A stretch of 63,010 nt of DNA, counting the filler, from Sluysia triapertura (Eukaryota), in assembly GCA_046118255.1 (NCBI GenBank). It is 5 parts of 5 records of this genome, joined end to end, with 100 filler letters (N's around TTAATTAATTAA, not from the genome) between each part and the next. Parts side by side here need not be neighbours in the genome. Positions count along the whole stretch, not along the records: positions 1 to 11,587 come from JBJNIA010183102.1; positions 11,688 to 25,296 come from JBJNIA010029499.1; 3 more parts are not named here. The stretch is one strand, 5' to 3'. Made by a program: the position numbers and the translations under genes. This document shows, in pieces, positions 1 to 12,956 of the stretch. Below the pieces are notes generated by a model. It made no database searches, was not told where the DNA came from, and worked only from the letters and a program-made list of their open reading frames with translations. Position 1 is the stretch's first letter. Each line of letters opens with the position of its first letter.

Positions 1-14
1 TAATAATAATAATA

Positions 15-77
<63 letters not shown>
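1..77. repeat. (TAA)n/(ATT)n microsatellite
   Basis: Pure trinucleotide run. Similar runs at about 11688-11755, 12915-12953, 24085-24149, 37137-37168, 40989-41070 and 55971-56025. Confidence 0.95.
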
Positions 78-1347
78 ATTCATCTGAAGAAACAAAATTA
101 ATAAAGTTTGACAAAGAAAAAACCTTGTCAAAATTTTAATAATTAATTAATTCTAATCATCTACCAGTCAATAATATCTAATACTCTCATGGTGAACACA
201 ATCAAAGAATGATTTGTAAAATATTGCATGCTTTTGGACATTATAAACAATTATTGCGGATGATTCTATTATGTCAGAAACATAATCAAAACATATTCAA
301 CATCTACTATCTCATAACATCTCTTTCATTGCTCCACAACATTCAAGACGTTTTCACCTTACCATAATCTAGTCACTGCATTAGCAATTGCATCAAAGAA
401 ATCGTTCTGAAAGTTATTACTATTACTGTGCGTTTCAGAAATATAAATGTTCACAAACTTGATCCATCATTGCTATTGTTATTATTATCACTATTATCAT
501 TATTGCAATAATCAATATGTGCTTTGTTATTATTATATTTATTTTAATGTATTTTTTCCTACCTGATTTGGAAGTGATAATGCTGCTGTTGAAGTTAAAG
601 TTCGATTCATGGATAATGTGAATAGTTTTTTTTTAATGGTTTTTTTGACAGACCTCCTAATGTAATATCGCCAATCATTCCCAATTAGCATAATAAATAA
701 TTGTTACTCACCAAGTATACTTATAAAACTTTCGAATATCAACCGAATAATTAATATTATAATGTGGATTAAAATTACTTTATTTCATTTATTATGAATC
801 TTATTTATGATTACTTTTGTAACTATACAAATTAGAATAATTTCTGTGTTATTTTCAGGAAATTTCTCTTCCTGTTTATAATATTTATTACATTACTAAA
901 ATATAAAGTTAAGTTTTAGTCTATGAAAGTATAAATTAAATTATTTCCTATTACATACTTAAATAAAAAAACAAAAATGTAATAGATATATGCACATCTT
1001 TTGCAATAATGTATTACTTTTATTTCACATATTTTATATCCATTTCAGGTAGTATAAAATTGTTAATATTTTTCTGTAATTGTATCATTTATTCCTTTTA
1101 CTAAAAAAACTAATTTTAAAACAAATTAATTTATTACCATTTTAAGCACAATTTTATTATTATTTCGAAAAATGATACTATTTTGTTATCTCAATGTACT
1201 TTTTGGGTTACTTATTATACAAAATAACAAATTAAGAATTTTTTAAAATAGAAAAAATTTCTTCATTTTTTTATTTTATTTTTTTATTTTAAAATAAATT
1301 TTATTGAAAAAAATTATAATCGTTGAAAATTGAAATCAAAACGGTGT

Positions 1348-1521
1348 TCTACTGGAACTATCAATTTGTTCCCAGAAGGACAACTACACTAAGTTGAATA
1401 TGCTGTGGAAACTGATGCATAATATGCCCTATTAGAAGTTTTCAAACATATGAGATTACATTTACCACGTGTTCAGTTAACAGAAGCTGAAACAGCATCT
1501 TATTTTGATCATGAATTCTGA
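1348..1521 (+). pseudogene. Proteasome 20S alpha-subunit pseudogene fragment (internally deleted)
   Basis: Manual translation STGTINLFPEGQLH*VEYAVETDA*YALLEVFKHMRLHLPRVQLTEAETASYFDHEF*. The first part resembles the alpha-subunit N-terminal signature SPEGRLxQVEYAxEA. Two in-frame stops. Confidence 0.5.
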
Positions 1522-2665
1522 ATATTTCAAAACGTTTTTAAATTTTAGAATCAAGATATAGCATAGAAAATATTGACAGAATAAAATGTTTACTGCACGT
1601 CAAGCCTGTAGAAAAGTAAAAGTAAAGTTCAACCAACTAAAGAAACCTTACGCTTTAGTGAGAAGTTTTTAATTTTGAAATTTGTACGAATTATGTTATT
1701 AATCATGAATTTATGAGACATCTCTAAAGCTAATGTGCCCTCATATCAATGCATTAATTAAAGTTGATCAGTCAAGTGTGAGAAAGAATTGTCACGTGCG
1801 TAGTAGTGAACTCATCACAATCACAAACAAACATCAACACACATCAACATTTCTTACATAGACAAATTACTAAACAAATTACTCAATACAAACAAAACAT
1901 AAAGAGTAGCAATAATTTATAATTATTATAATAATTTATAATTATTATAATAATTTATAATTATTGAAATTATAATTATAATCGTTGTGACAATGTTTAG
2001 TTTGTTGATCCTTTTCTTGTATGTATGTTTATCTTTATGCATATTTTTTTATTGTTCTTCACATTTTATCACTATTATCAATATTATTATTATTATTATT
2101 ATCATCATTATTATTTCTACTACTTCTATTTATACATGTTTCATTATATTGCCCAAAATTGCTTAACATAAATTTTTCATTACAACATTTCTTAAACAAC
2201 CTATAATTCGTCCATTATTTGGCATTTCTCTAAAAGAACCATGTCAAAACAGTAAATCACACCATGGTTACCCTTTAACATTTTATCAACAGACGCTCAA
2301 TTATATGAAACAAGATAATCAATTAACTTTAGAAGACCTTTATCGAATATCTGCTGTTAATTCTCAAATATCGAAATTGAAATATAATTTACATGGTAAT
2401 ATCGAATTTAGAATTTTGCATTTGGATTTTCTGTATTGTATTTCACATGCCTTACACATAAATAATTTAACAGTTTTCGATTGGATACATTAGGGTACAC
2501 GTGATTATACAACAAATATACTTGGAATTAAACAATTTTATTTTGCTTATCTGCTTTATTCAGTGGATTTAATCTTGATTTAATGACACTTTTTCTTTCA
2601 TCTGTTATACATACATTCAATCATATTGATAATCATGTTGATACTGTTTTATATGTCATTCGTTT

Positions 2666-3730
2666 TGTAACATGCATATTCAATAATAGTTATAAATAAT
2701 GACCTTATTTGTGTTTATAAATAGTTATCGATTATAATTATATATGTTGTTTTTAATCAATTTTTAATCGCAATACTTTTATTTTGAAATTTTGGAATTT
2801 ATTTCTATTTAATTTTGATATCTTGAAAAAACAAAAAGTAACTATTTTTAAACCATTTTTGTTAAAAATTATATTGTTTAAATAATTTTTTAAATATTAA
2901 TTGTTTAAATTATTTCTAAAACAAAACAATATCAAGGTCGGTTATAAAACCAGTATAAATAGGTAACATTCTAGAATTAGACACAACTTGTTAAGATTAG
3001 TTTTTCTTTTAAAAACTGTTGAAGAATTTCACAAAACTAAATTTTTGCAACTAAGGAATTCGTTAGTCAGCTTTAATTAATTTTTGTAAAATCTACTTAA
3101 ACTATTTTATATATATTTTGGAACCATTTCAAAGTTGTAATGTAAAATACAGTTTTAAAATACTTTTTATTTTATTTACTCTGTTATAGTTAATAGTGTA
3201 AAATCATTATCGTTAATTGTCACGAAGTTTTGTAAAAATATTTGTTGCTTTGATAATATATATTAGTGCCTAAAATTTTTATTCAAGTTTATTAGTGATT
3301 CTTTTCAAAGAATTATAAGTAAATTAAATAGTTTCAAAATATGAAAATTAATCTTTATATCTAATTACACCGAAATTTATCGGATTTGTAAAATCGAATT
3401 GAATACAAATCATGTTTAAATAGTATTTTCTGTAAATCATAAATAATAATCGAGAATATTTTGACAATCTTTATTAATTTCATAAATATTAACATTTATT
3501 TCGGACTTTATCGACATTTGTAAAATACATTATTTACAATCCCTATTTTTTAAAAGGAATCTTTCTGATAGAAATATACTAAAACATTTAATTACAGAGA
3601 TACAAATATACTTATTAAATTGAAACATTCATTCAGTGTTAGGATTACGATTTTACCTCCTACAGTTGCTTACTTTCAAAATCCAACGGCTAGCACTAAC
3701 TGGTAAGTCTAGATACGTTGGTGAACTCAC
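2666..3730 (+). mobile_element. Gypsy-type LTR remnant with PBS (copy A)
   Basis: Ends in CCAACGG...TACGT followed by TGGTGAACTCAC (3719-3730), like the junction at 32472-32521. Shares TCAAGGTCG and a TATA-like block (about 2932-2962) with copy C. The 5' start (TGTAAC) is approximate. Confidence 0.55.
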
Positions 3731-4711
3731 ATTCTTATATCCTTATTAGTCAACAAAAATAAGGAGATCATATTATCACGTGCTCCACGAAAGAATAAAA
3801 AATAATGTATTCTTTTTTTATTATTTAATAAACAGTTAAAATATAATTTAATTGTATAAAATATAAAATGTATTAATTTCTGAGAATTAACACATACATT
3901 GATATTTAAATTTAAATGATTTGTAATATGTATACATACTTTTGCTTCAATGAATATATAAATTAATATATAAAAATAAATTTGACATTTCATAGTTACA
4001 ATATTTAATAAAATTCAGTTTCTCAATTATGTTACAAGTTTCAACGATTCTTTGTTCTTCACCCTGCAAAAATTGTAAATAATGTGTGTAAAAATAGTAT
4101 TAATGTTTCTTTTAATCGATAAAGTTTATTAATAATTCTACTTAATTTAAATGTATTTGTTTTTTTTAATATAATTTGAATGTGATGTACGTGTTGAGAA
4201 AGAAACCGGGTGCAAATTATTGAAATTAAATGTGCTTCGTGCACATTACTCAATGCTTTCATAAGGAGATTAATATCAGTGTTGTTTATGAAGTAATTGT
4301 TAATGTAAATAATGCCTAAGTATTATCATAAACATGTTCCTGATATAAATTAAAATTTCTTTTCAGAGAATTTTATTAATACTTAAATGTACTTCACGAA
4401 AGAATCTTTTTCATTACCTTGTAATTATTTTTATAACAATTATAATTATAATTATTTTTATAATTATAATTAATACAATTTTTATAGTAACTTGTTTTTT
4501 GCGTTAGACATTTGTGTGAAAGGTTGAAATAATTATTTTCGAACTTGATCTTGAGTACTAATAACTTCAAAAAATGAATTTTATTTTTTGTGGATACATG
4601 GATAGCAATATTAATTTTACTTTTCTTGTATTCTGTTAACTCAACCATTACCAGCAATCCATTTGTTTCTATTTTTGTTTCCGGTAGAAAAAGTTATTTG
4701 CCTAATAACAT

Positions 4712-4919
4712 GAAACTTGACATNNNNNNNNNNNNNNNNNNNNNNNNNNNNNNNNNNNNNNNNNNNNNNNNNNNNNNNNNNNNNNNNNNNNNNNNNNNNN
4801 NNNNNNNNNNNNNNNNNNNNNNNTTCCCTAGAAACTTGACATTTCCCTAGAAACTTGACATTTCCCTAGAAACTTGACATTTCCCTAGAAACTTGACATT
4901 TCCCTAGAAACTTGACATT
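4712..4919. repeat. 19-bp tandem repeat (TTTCCCTAGAAACTTGACA) spanning an assembly gap
   Basis: About five near-perfect units at 4824-4919 and a partial unit just left of the gap at 4724-4823. Confidence 0.9.
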
Positions 4920-5709
4920 GCGTTTGAAGACAAAAGAATAAAAATATACCAGAGCAATTTAAAGTAAAATCTGTTTGCAAAAATATTTATGGTATTGCTT
5001 TAAGATTTGTCATTATTTGTGTTTTGAAGGATATGAAAAATCTGAGAATGAGGAATTTATTGATATACATAAAAAATGATTTATTTGGAGACTTAAAGTA
5101 CTAAAAAGTTACATGCGATTTACAAAAGATTCGTCCCAAGTTTTGGAAAATAGGTCCAATTGTCTATAATTTGAATCATGCAACACTACTGGAATGATGG
5201 AAAAACACTTTTTAATATTTGAAAACACAATTATTAACAAAAATCAAGTAATTGTGTTATAATTTTTAGTTTCAATAAGATGTGAACTGTTTAGTCTGTG
5301 GATGTTCTGTTTAATGCAACGTTATTGAATGGTGTGAATTGATTGAACGTTAAAGGTGTAAAATAAAAAATGTACGAAAGACTACTTGATCCTTGGAGAT
5401 ATGACTAAAATTCCGAGTTTTTCTGAATTGAAAGGCTTTCATGTTTCACCATTGAGTCTTATTGTATTTAGCATTTGGATTTTAGATATCATATTTATAT
5501 CTGCTTACGAATTTGGTGAATACATTAAATAAAGTAAGGTATGACAGTTTTTGTGAAATGGTGCTATTTGATTATCCAAAACGTGATTGCATGAATTAGA
5601 TTGAGTGATTAACATTAAAGGTTTTATGAATTGTAATTTGTGGATTTTGAGGTTTTTATGATTTTTTTGAATAAATTGAAATGGTACCATAATTAATTAT
5701 AGTAATAAC

Positions 5710-6006
5710 CTTGGATAGTTATAGCAATTGTTTTGATTTTTGTTTCTTTATGATTAGATGCTTCACAACTGCACTCAAAAGATTCTGACAAATCCGACAA
5801 TACAATAACACTTTCAGCAATTCGACTATTGTTGGCTCTTGTAGAATTTGGTGGTGCATAATTAGACTGTATTAATGTCTGACCACATCGCCATTGAACA
5901 CGAGGTTTCGGTATACCTAAAGCTCGACATTCGAGTGTAACAGATGCACCAGCTCGTACAAATTGATTTGGTGATATGTAAACTATTCTTGGTGCAAAAT
6001 ATGATG
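5710..6006 (-). CDS. Exon encoding Ig domain 3 of a LAR-family (PTPRF/PTPRD/PTPRS/Dlar-like) receptor tyrosine phosphatase
   Basis: AG/GT-bounded 297-bp phase 1-1 exon, open: SYFAPRIVYISPNQFVRAGASVTLECRALGIPKPRVQWRCGQTLIQ...SVIVLSDLSESFECSCEASNHKETKIKTIAITIQ. Ig C...W...C pattern. Splices in frame with the 10860-10976 exon. Confidence 0.8.
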
Positions 6007-7724
6007 CTGAAATTTTTAAATAAGTATAAAAATAAATTTTAAATTTACATATTTACTTAGTAATAACATTATATCACTTATTTTATAAGCATTATCTTCA
6101 TGCTTAAATTGGATAAGTAATTATTAAAATCAATATTAACAATATAAAATTATAATTACCATGCAAATGTTATATGCAAAAATACACAATACATATATGA
6201 ATTTAAGCCAGAATAAGTTTTCATTTTAATTTGACATTTTGAAAAAAATTTTAATTTGTAAAATCAATTTCAAATTTTTTTGATAGATAATATACGGCAA
6301 ATAGAATGATGATATAAAAATAAATTAAATTTTCAGCTAAATTTTATAAAAGCTTATCAGCAAATAGTAAATAATATACATAAATTCATTTGAAAATTAA
6401 ATTTTAAAAATATTCTATACTTTTAAAACAAATATGCAAAAGCAGTATAAAGCACATTTTCAGTATTTAATTTATACTTAAAAATAATTGAATTTAACCT
6501 CTTGAGTCCGGATGTATTGTTTCATGAAATTCGGCATAATAACAGGGTGACGGAAGAAAAAGTTTACAAAAAAAAATTATTTCTACAGAGCCGCTAATGT
6601 TTTGGTTTCGTCGACAGGTGAATTCTTGATTATTTTTAGATAAAATATTAATTTTTGATATTTTTGGCTAAGAATTATTCTTGAGATAATGATTTTTATT
6701 GTACCTAATTTGTTTATAAGTCTATGCAAATACCAAAATACTATTATCGATTAATAAATTAATTAAATTCCTTATATCGAACCTTTATTTTATGCTGACA
6801 ATTAAATGAGGAGTATTATTCATAAACATAACATTTATCTTCATAAAAGAAAATTAAAAGGAAAGAATACGCTTTCAATTTAATATTGCAAATCTGTGAA
6901 AAACAATCTGGAACACAGAGTGGTATATCACAATCAAAGCACACGAAATACTTTTTTGCCGTTTCTTTTGTGAACTACAAAGTTATATCTTTTTCTTGAG
7001 CGTGAAAAGTATTCTCATCTTTTAGAATAGAATCTGGGAAATGACTTGTGTCTGGTCGTCTGCTAATCTTTCTATTAAGAGATGCTCTATATAACTGGAA
7101 GAAGTCGTTTACCAATTACAATTTGAATTCAGAAAGATGCCATTGTGATGAAATTGGCGTTTTAATTTAAACGAAACGTACCAATTATAAATACACACAT
7201 CCACGACATGAAAAAACAGTTTATACAATTTCAAGGTCGAAATGACCTTTGCATATCAGTCAACAATGCATTTCGTTTTTTGAATCGGGCGATTTGTGGA
7301 TAGATCGATTTATTGCTGCCAATGAAACTAATGAATTAATGATAACTTGTGGACTCGCATTTGTCTTCCATTTCAGTGCATGAGGACCATTTTACGTCAT
7401 CTTTCGTTAATTTTCCTTAATGTGAGGTTTAATCTTTTTTGAAAGTTCTACAGCACTGGTCTTTTTGTCGTTCAGTTAAGGACTATCACATTATAAGTTA
7501 TGTCACTGGTTGAAGATGGCTGAAACAATGTCATCACGACCGATCCTCTTCTATCAATATTAGTTTCTTCGCCAATGTAAACAATAAAGTTAAGAATCGC
7601 TTTAGTTTTACAATTCGAAACATTTAATACCAAAGCGACTTCGGCAGGAAGTAATAAATTGTTTGAATTCTATAGATGACCTTTCCATGGAACTAAACTT
7701 TCATCAATTCACAAATTCTGTCAC

Positions 7725-7878
7725 GGGTAAAAAAAGGCCTAAAGTGCCATTTGGTAAAATGAACTATAATAAAATAAAATCGTTAGACAGGGCTGATAGC
7801 TCAGTGGTAGAACATTCGAACTTCGCAGCGAAGGTCCCGGATTCGATCCCCGGTCAGTCCATTTTACGAAGTCTAACA
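7725..7878 (+). repeat. tRNA-carrying dispersed repeat, copy 1 (nested in the piggyBac transposase)
   Basis: Leader AAGGCCTAAAGTGCCATTTGG shared with the copies at 50321-50424 and 50754-50898. It interrupts the transposase between FSSFIM and P*QNL*IDES. Confidence 0.8.
7790..7861 (+). tRNA. tRNA-Ala-like module (pseudo-tRNA or tRNA-like ncRNA)
   Basis: Acceptor stem GGGCTGA/TCAGTCC with G3:U70 and A73. A-box TAGCTCAGTGG, T-arm CCGGA-TTCGATC-CCCGG, TTTT directly downstream. The anticodon stem does not pair canonically. Confidence 0.6.
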
Positions 7879-10859
7879 TTATGAATGAAGAAAACTTGGA
7901 ACAAATTATCTCAATTAAATTCTTGATTTTTATCAATTTATCGCAACAATCGTAATTATTATTGGAGAAATAAGTCATAATATCTTGAAAGTAATTGCAA
8001 AATAAATTTGGTTGAAGAATGGTGTAATTGTCAAATTATTTGTGCTCTAATAATCATCGATTTAACGGTACACTCAATCAGGATTGCAGTCAACAGGAAT
8101 ATGAAGATTTGATGATGCAAAGTTTCGCTATGGCGTCATATGCTTTCATCTCGAACATGTATGTTGGTTATAATAAATATAGGTTTGCTCTATCAGTTCA
8201 TCATCACTGAAATGTCAAAAGATCAAAAGCACTTTTAATTTCACTAATTCGGGGTGTGCTTTGGGTTTCAAATAAATGTCGTATTAAAATAAAAGTTATT
8301 TTATTTTAATTGTATACGGCTCCCCAGGACTCAAGAAGTTAATTAATTGTTACATTAACGTATTTTGTTTTTAATTTTGTGAGATTTTATTTTAGAAAAT
8401 ATCGTACAATAAATTCAATATTTAAACGTGGAATTCAATATTTAAACTTCACATTTTTTTTCACGTAAATTATTTATTAAATTTAGAATGCTTATTTTAA
8501 AACAAAAATCAATGTTTAAATTTAAATGAATAAAATTTAAATACAAAAGTAGCAGAAATATAAAGCATTATAAAATGTTAAAACATATTAAAATTTAATT
8601 TAGCTATATTTACAATTATTAATATAAACAAAAATACAAATTTTTATTAAGTGTAAGCAGCAATAAATCAGCACGGAATATTTAGCAGAGGTCGCGGCTA
8701 ATTTAATGGATATAGGCAAATTTCTTTTTTAAATACTCTTGCCTATATTTAGCATATTGCTTGAAGGTCATGTCTAACTAGGCCTGTGTATGTTAGTAAT
8801 GAGAAGCTACACTGGTTTTGAGGTTAGTTTCAGTGTAACACGTGTTATGTGCGGGTGTGTGACATTTGAATGTAACTGAGGGATATAAGCTACCTCCTAT
8901 GTAATTTTCATACTGTTTTAATAATACTCATTATAATTTTTATTAGTATTGATAAGTAATTTTAAGTGTACATTGCTTACTAAAATGTTGTACTATCAAA
9001 ATCTTATATTAGGGAAATAAATTCAAAGATTTTCTTGTACCTTTATTATAATTTAATATTATATTCATTAACAATAATAATTATCATTATTATAAGACAA
9101 AATACATTCTTATACCTTTTTTTACATATATATAACAATTTTTTCAAAAGTCTTTTAGTTTTGTTTCTAATAATCTTCTTATAAGTTTGCTCACTAAGCG
9201 TTATAGAAAAATATATTTTTTAAAATTAATTATTGCAAAACATAGATAATTATAAATTATAATATTATATTATAAGAAAAAAGCATAAAATAAATAAATA
9301 TTTAGTTGATTATTGTATAATACTCTAATTGTGATATTTTTATAACTTTTTAAATTAATAATTTTCTTAGAATAATTTGTCAATTATTTAACTATACTCA
9401 TTTATAATATTTAGTATTTATATAATTTGCAAATAAAGTTATTTATTTTGAAATAATTACTAATAAATCTAGTTAGATTATTTGAATATTTTTTATTGCA
9501 ACTTTCTATTTAGACATTTTAATTATTGTACTTCTTAATAGATTAAGTAAAAATTTTACAACTATAGAATAAATTAAATAAATTAGATTTTTAGAAACTT
9601 CAAAGCATTTAAATTGTAAAAATGTTTTCAATTATATTTATTACTTTAGAGAATTGAATGAAATGTAGTTTATTTTTAAAAGAAAGGTTGCTGTCTGGTT
9701 ATTTTTTATATTTATTTTACAGTAACGTTCCTAAAGAGTTAATTGAACTGAGAAATTATCCATCTAACGAGAGCACTAATTTTAATTTTTTTTAATATAC
9801 TAGTTCAATTCTAAGAGAAATGTGACTTTTGAGTAGCAATCATATGTCATAAATAAAATAAATAAATAGCTAAAAAAGAAATAACAGTAAAAGGAAAGAA
9901 TATGATGCCTGTTGTATTAGTAATTATTACGACTAAATACATAGAAACGAAAAAGTATTGATACTTTGACAAACATTACAGAAATTATTTTTTGTTTTTA
10001 TTTTATCTTAACTAACTTGAAAGATGCTAATGATATAAATTGAAGGAAGTCTTAAAACTCCATTTTCAAGCCTAAAACAATACTTTTAAAATAAATTTAT
10101 TTATCTTAACAAAGATTATACAATGAAAAAAAATAAATACCTTAATTAGGCGTCTTCATAGCAAAAAAATGTAATATTATAATTCATAATATTTATTAAA
10201 TATTATAAATTATACAGGAAACGTAATCCAATTTACTTTGTACAACGGAAATTTATTAATTTAGTTTTAAAAGAATTAAAAACATTAATCAATAATTTTA
10301 TTAAATTTTAAAATGAAAAAGTTATAATTATTTACTCAAGCAATATTTATAATATGATTTTATAATAATTAATAATACAATATAATATAATAATAAATAA
10401 TTAATAATTAATATAATAATAATAATAATAATACAGTAATAAAATTAATATAATAATTAATAATAATATTTATAATAATATTTCTTTAGAGCAACTGTTA
10501 TATATTTTGCTAAATAATGCATATTTACAATACCAGATGTTAACCATAATAGCATAAAAACAATAACCAAACATAAAATCTCAGTAGCATATCATGTAAA
10601 AATATAATACATCTTTTTGCTATCATTTATTTTTAATTTACAAATACTATTAAAAATTATATTTTTTTAAGTACAATAAAAGATGTATTATAATAATTAT
10701 TAATTATTAGAGAAAAAGTACCATTTTTCATTAGTATTAAATAAGTTTGTTCAACGTTTTCTAAATTATGAAATTATAATTAAATAATAATTTCAAAAAA
10801 ATGCTACAAAATATTTTTAAATGAAATATTTCATAAATAAATTTATATATAAAATATAC

Positions 10860-10976
10860 TTCTTATTAGTAGTTGCATTATATCGGATAGTACAGAACCG
10901 TGTTTATTAGTAGCCATACATTCATATTGACCCCCATCTGCTTCTGTGGTATGTGTAATTTCAAGAGCACCAGATT
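10860..10976 (-). CDS. Exon encoding the C-terminal half of Ig domain 2 of the same LAR-family RPTP
   Basis: AG/GT-bounded 117-bp phase 1-1 exon: SGALEITHTTEADGGQYECMATNKHGSVLSDIMQLLIR, versus LAR [38 protein letters not shown] (recalled sequence). Confidence 0.8.
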
Positions 10977-11587
10977 CTATTAAATATAATAAAATATTTG
11001 CATTATCTCCTACAAAAATAATTAATAAATAATTATAAAATTTTATTTATAAGATCAAATAAGAATGTTTATTCAAAAATGGTTTTATCAAACTATACAA
11101 ATATTTATTTCCACTTTTACTTAAGTAATAGCAGATGAGAAAAGTTCAAAAAGTATTATTATTAAATTAATTTAAAATTATTTAAATTTTAATAATTTCA
11201 AATGTTTATTTTTTATTAAGAAGACTATAATTTTTAAATATGTTGAAGTTGTAGGCAAACAAAAATGTAATTGCACAATTAACTAAATTAAAACAAAATC
11301 AATGTCCAGCATGTGGTTGAATTCGAATTCTTATCTTTGAAATATTTGCAGTATTTACAGTTAAGTATATATTTCTATACGTTTTTCCTTTTTTTATAGA
11401 ATCATTATTTTATATTATTTTTTATTTATTTATTTATTTAAATAAATTTAATTTATTTATTTAATGTTAATTTTTGACTTGATGGGGTTTCACTTAACGT
11501 TTGACATTAGATTGGTTAAAAAATAGCTGTTATTTAATAAGTAATAAATTATATATTTTTATTATTTAAGACACACTAAATTTGATT

Positions 11588-11687
11588 NNNNNNNNNNNNN
11601 NNNNNNNNNNNNNNNNNNNNNNNNNNNNNNNTTAATTAATTAANNNNNNNNNNNNNNNNNNNNNNNNNNNNNNNNNNNNNNNNNNNN
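11588..11687. other. Assembly gap with artificial TTAATTAATTAA spacer
   Basis: The same N-TTAATTAATTAA-N construct occurs at 25297-25396, 37037-37136 and 50899-50998. A plain 100-N gap lies at 4724-4823. Confidence 0.95.
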
Positions 11688-11758
<71 letters not shown>

Positions 11759-11949
11759 ATAAAAACTTGTGATTAACTTTTATTGTTAATTTTAAATTTT
11801 TATATAGATTTATTTTAAATAATGTAAAATGTCGCGCTTTGTAAATATTGAATAATGATAATAATCTGGCTTTTAAAAATTACATATATTTTCTGTATTT
11901 ATGATACATTGATCATAACTGAATATAATGCACAGAAAAGGGAAATAGA

Positions 11950-12830
11950 AATTATAAGAAGATATTAAATTTTCAGAAAGTATAGGCCACATTACAGAAT
12001 AACATACTAGGATTTAAATTAAACCTAATAGATTTTCTCGAACACAGAATAATTTGAAAAACTATAAGGAGACTATCACAGTTATAAATCATGGTATGAA
12101 CCTTAATGTTTTGAATATGAATTTATGCTTGTGTACGTATATTTAGTATAATCGAAAATAATCATTGATAGCTCGATGACAAAATTTTTTATGATTTATC
12201 GAAAACTGTACAAGCATTGACTTTCGCTAATTGCGTTATCGTATCATCTTGACTGAATTTCCATGGTATGAGACTTCTTAAAGTTTACTTCTCTGCAATT
12301 CTAAGTGTTTATTCTATCAATATCAAAACAACTTTTGTGTAAATACATTCTATGATTGAATAGTTTACAAGCTTAAAACCTGTTATTAACAAACCCCAAG
12401 AATTTATTTCAATTCCTAATCCAAATTTTAATCTATCTTTGAATGATATGAGTATTAGTTTAAGAGTAAACCTTGTTTAATTAGGAAATATAAATAGTCT
12501 GCTCAATTATTGAATAAAATATGAAAATAAAAACACACGTAAATCGCATTAATTATATAGTGCAATGCTAAAATATTAACCTTATTACAAAGAAAACTAA
12601 TATATATGACTAACAGAAACATTTAGAAAACAAATAATGAGCATCATTAATTTTTATATCATTTTAAACTTGGAATAGTTCGCAATGTATGCTTAAATTA
12701 TGACGAATTATATGTCCTGACGACAGAGCTACACTTTCTTCGATTGGTTCCATCGGGCTTATTTATATGTTTTTGTAAGTACTAATTGGAATCAAATTGT
12801 TGTTGCGTCTTTAAAGGAACCTTAATAATT
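11950..12830 (+). mobile_element. Possible highly decayed Penelope-like element 3' end
   Basis: Frameshifted remnants near 12540-12650 loosely resemble a GIY-YIG pattern (YIVQC...NEH). A CTGACGA hammerhead-like half-core follows at about 12717. Confidence 0.2.
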
Positions 12831-12910
12831 TAAAGAGTCATTATGTCAAGTCTTGAAAATTAAATCAAAGCTACGACAGAAATGTACTATTAAATAAAGA
12901 TCAAAATAGA

Positions 12911-12956
<46 letters not shown>

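Larger units (their letters stand above)
6498..8338 (-). mobile_element. Degenerate piggyBac (PGBD4-like) DNA transposon
   Basis: TTAA at 6494-6497 and 8339-8342. TIRs CCTCTTGAGTCC / GGACTCAAGAAG. Minus-strand remnants DKLIKIKNLI, IDESLVPWKG, SRFGIKCFEL, LNFIVYIG and the C-terminal Cys-rich CFDCDIPLCVPDCF. Many stops and frameshifts. Confidence 0.9.

Noticed and set aside
2021-2206. Hydrophobic ORFs such as 2021-2206, 13288-13593, 30357-30581 and 36676-36888
   Set aside because: Leu/Ile/Phe richness is explained by TTA/ATT/GTT microsatellite-like, AT-rich composition; no family motif.
4824-4919. CRISPR-like array
   Set aside because: Units are head-to-tail with no spacers, there are no cas genes, and the context is eukaryotic.
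7790-7861. Functional decoding tRNA gene
   Set aside because: The anticodon stem does not pair and differs between copies; the module is embedded in a dispersed repeat.
7663-7978. ORFs 7663-7884 (+) and 7739-7978 (-) as genes
   Set aside because: Chance read-through across the piggyBac and tRNA-cassette junctions.
8807-8838. TACACTG...CAGTGTA inverted repeat
   Set aside because: A single 7-bp stem, expected by chance in 63 kb; no second copy noticed.
11632-11643. TTAATTAATTAA palindrome repeated four times
   Set aside because: Always centred in a 100-character N gap; it is a six-frame-stop scaffolding spacer, not biology.
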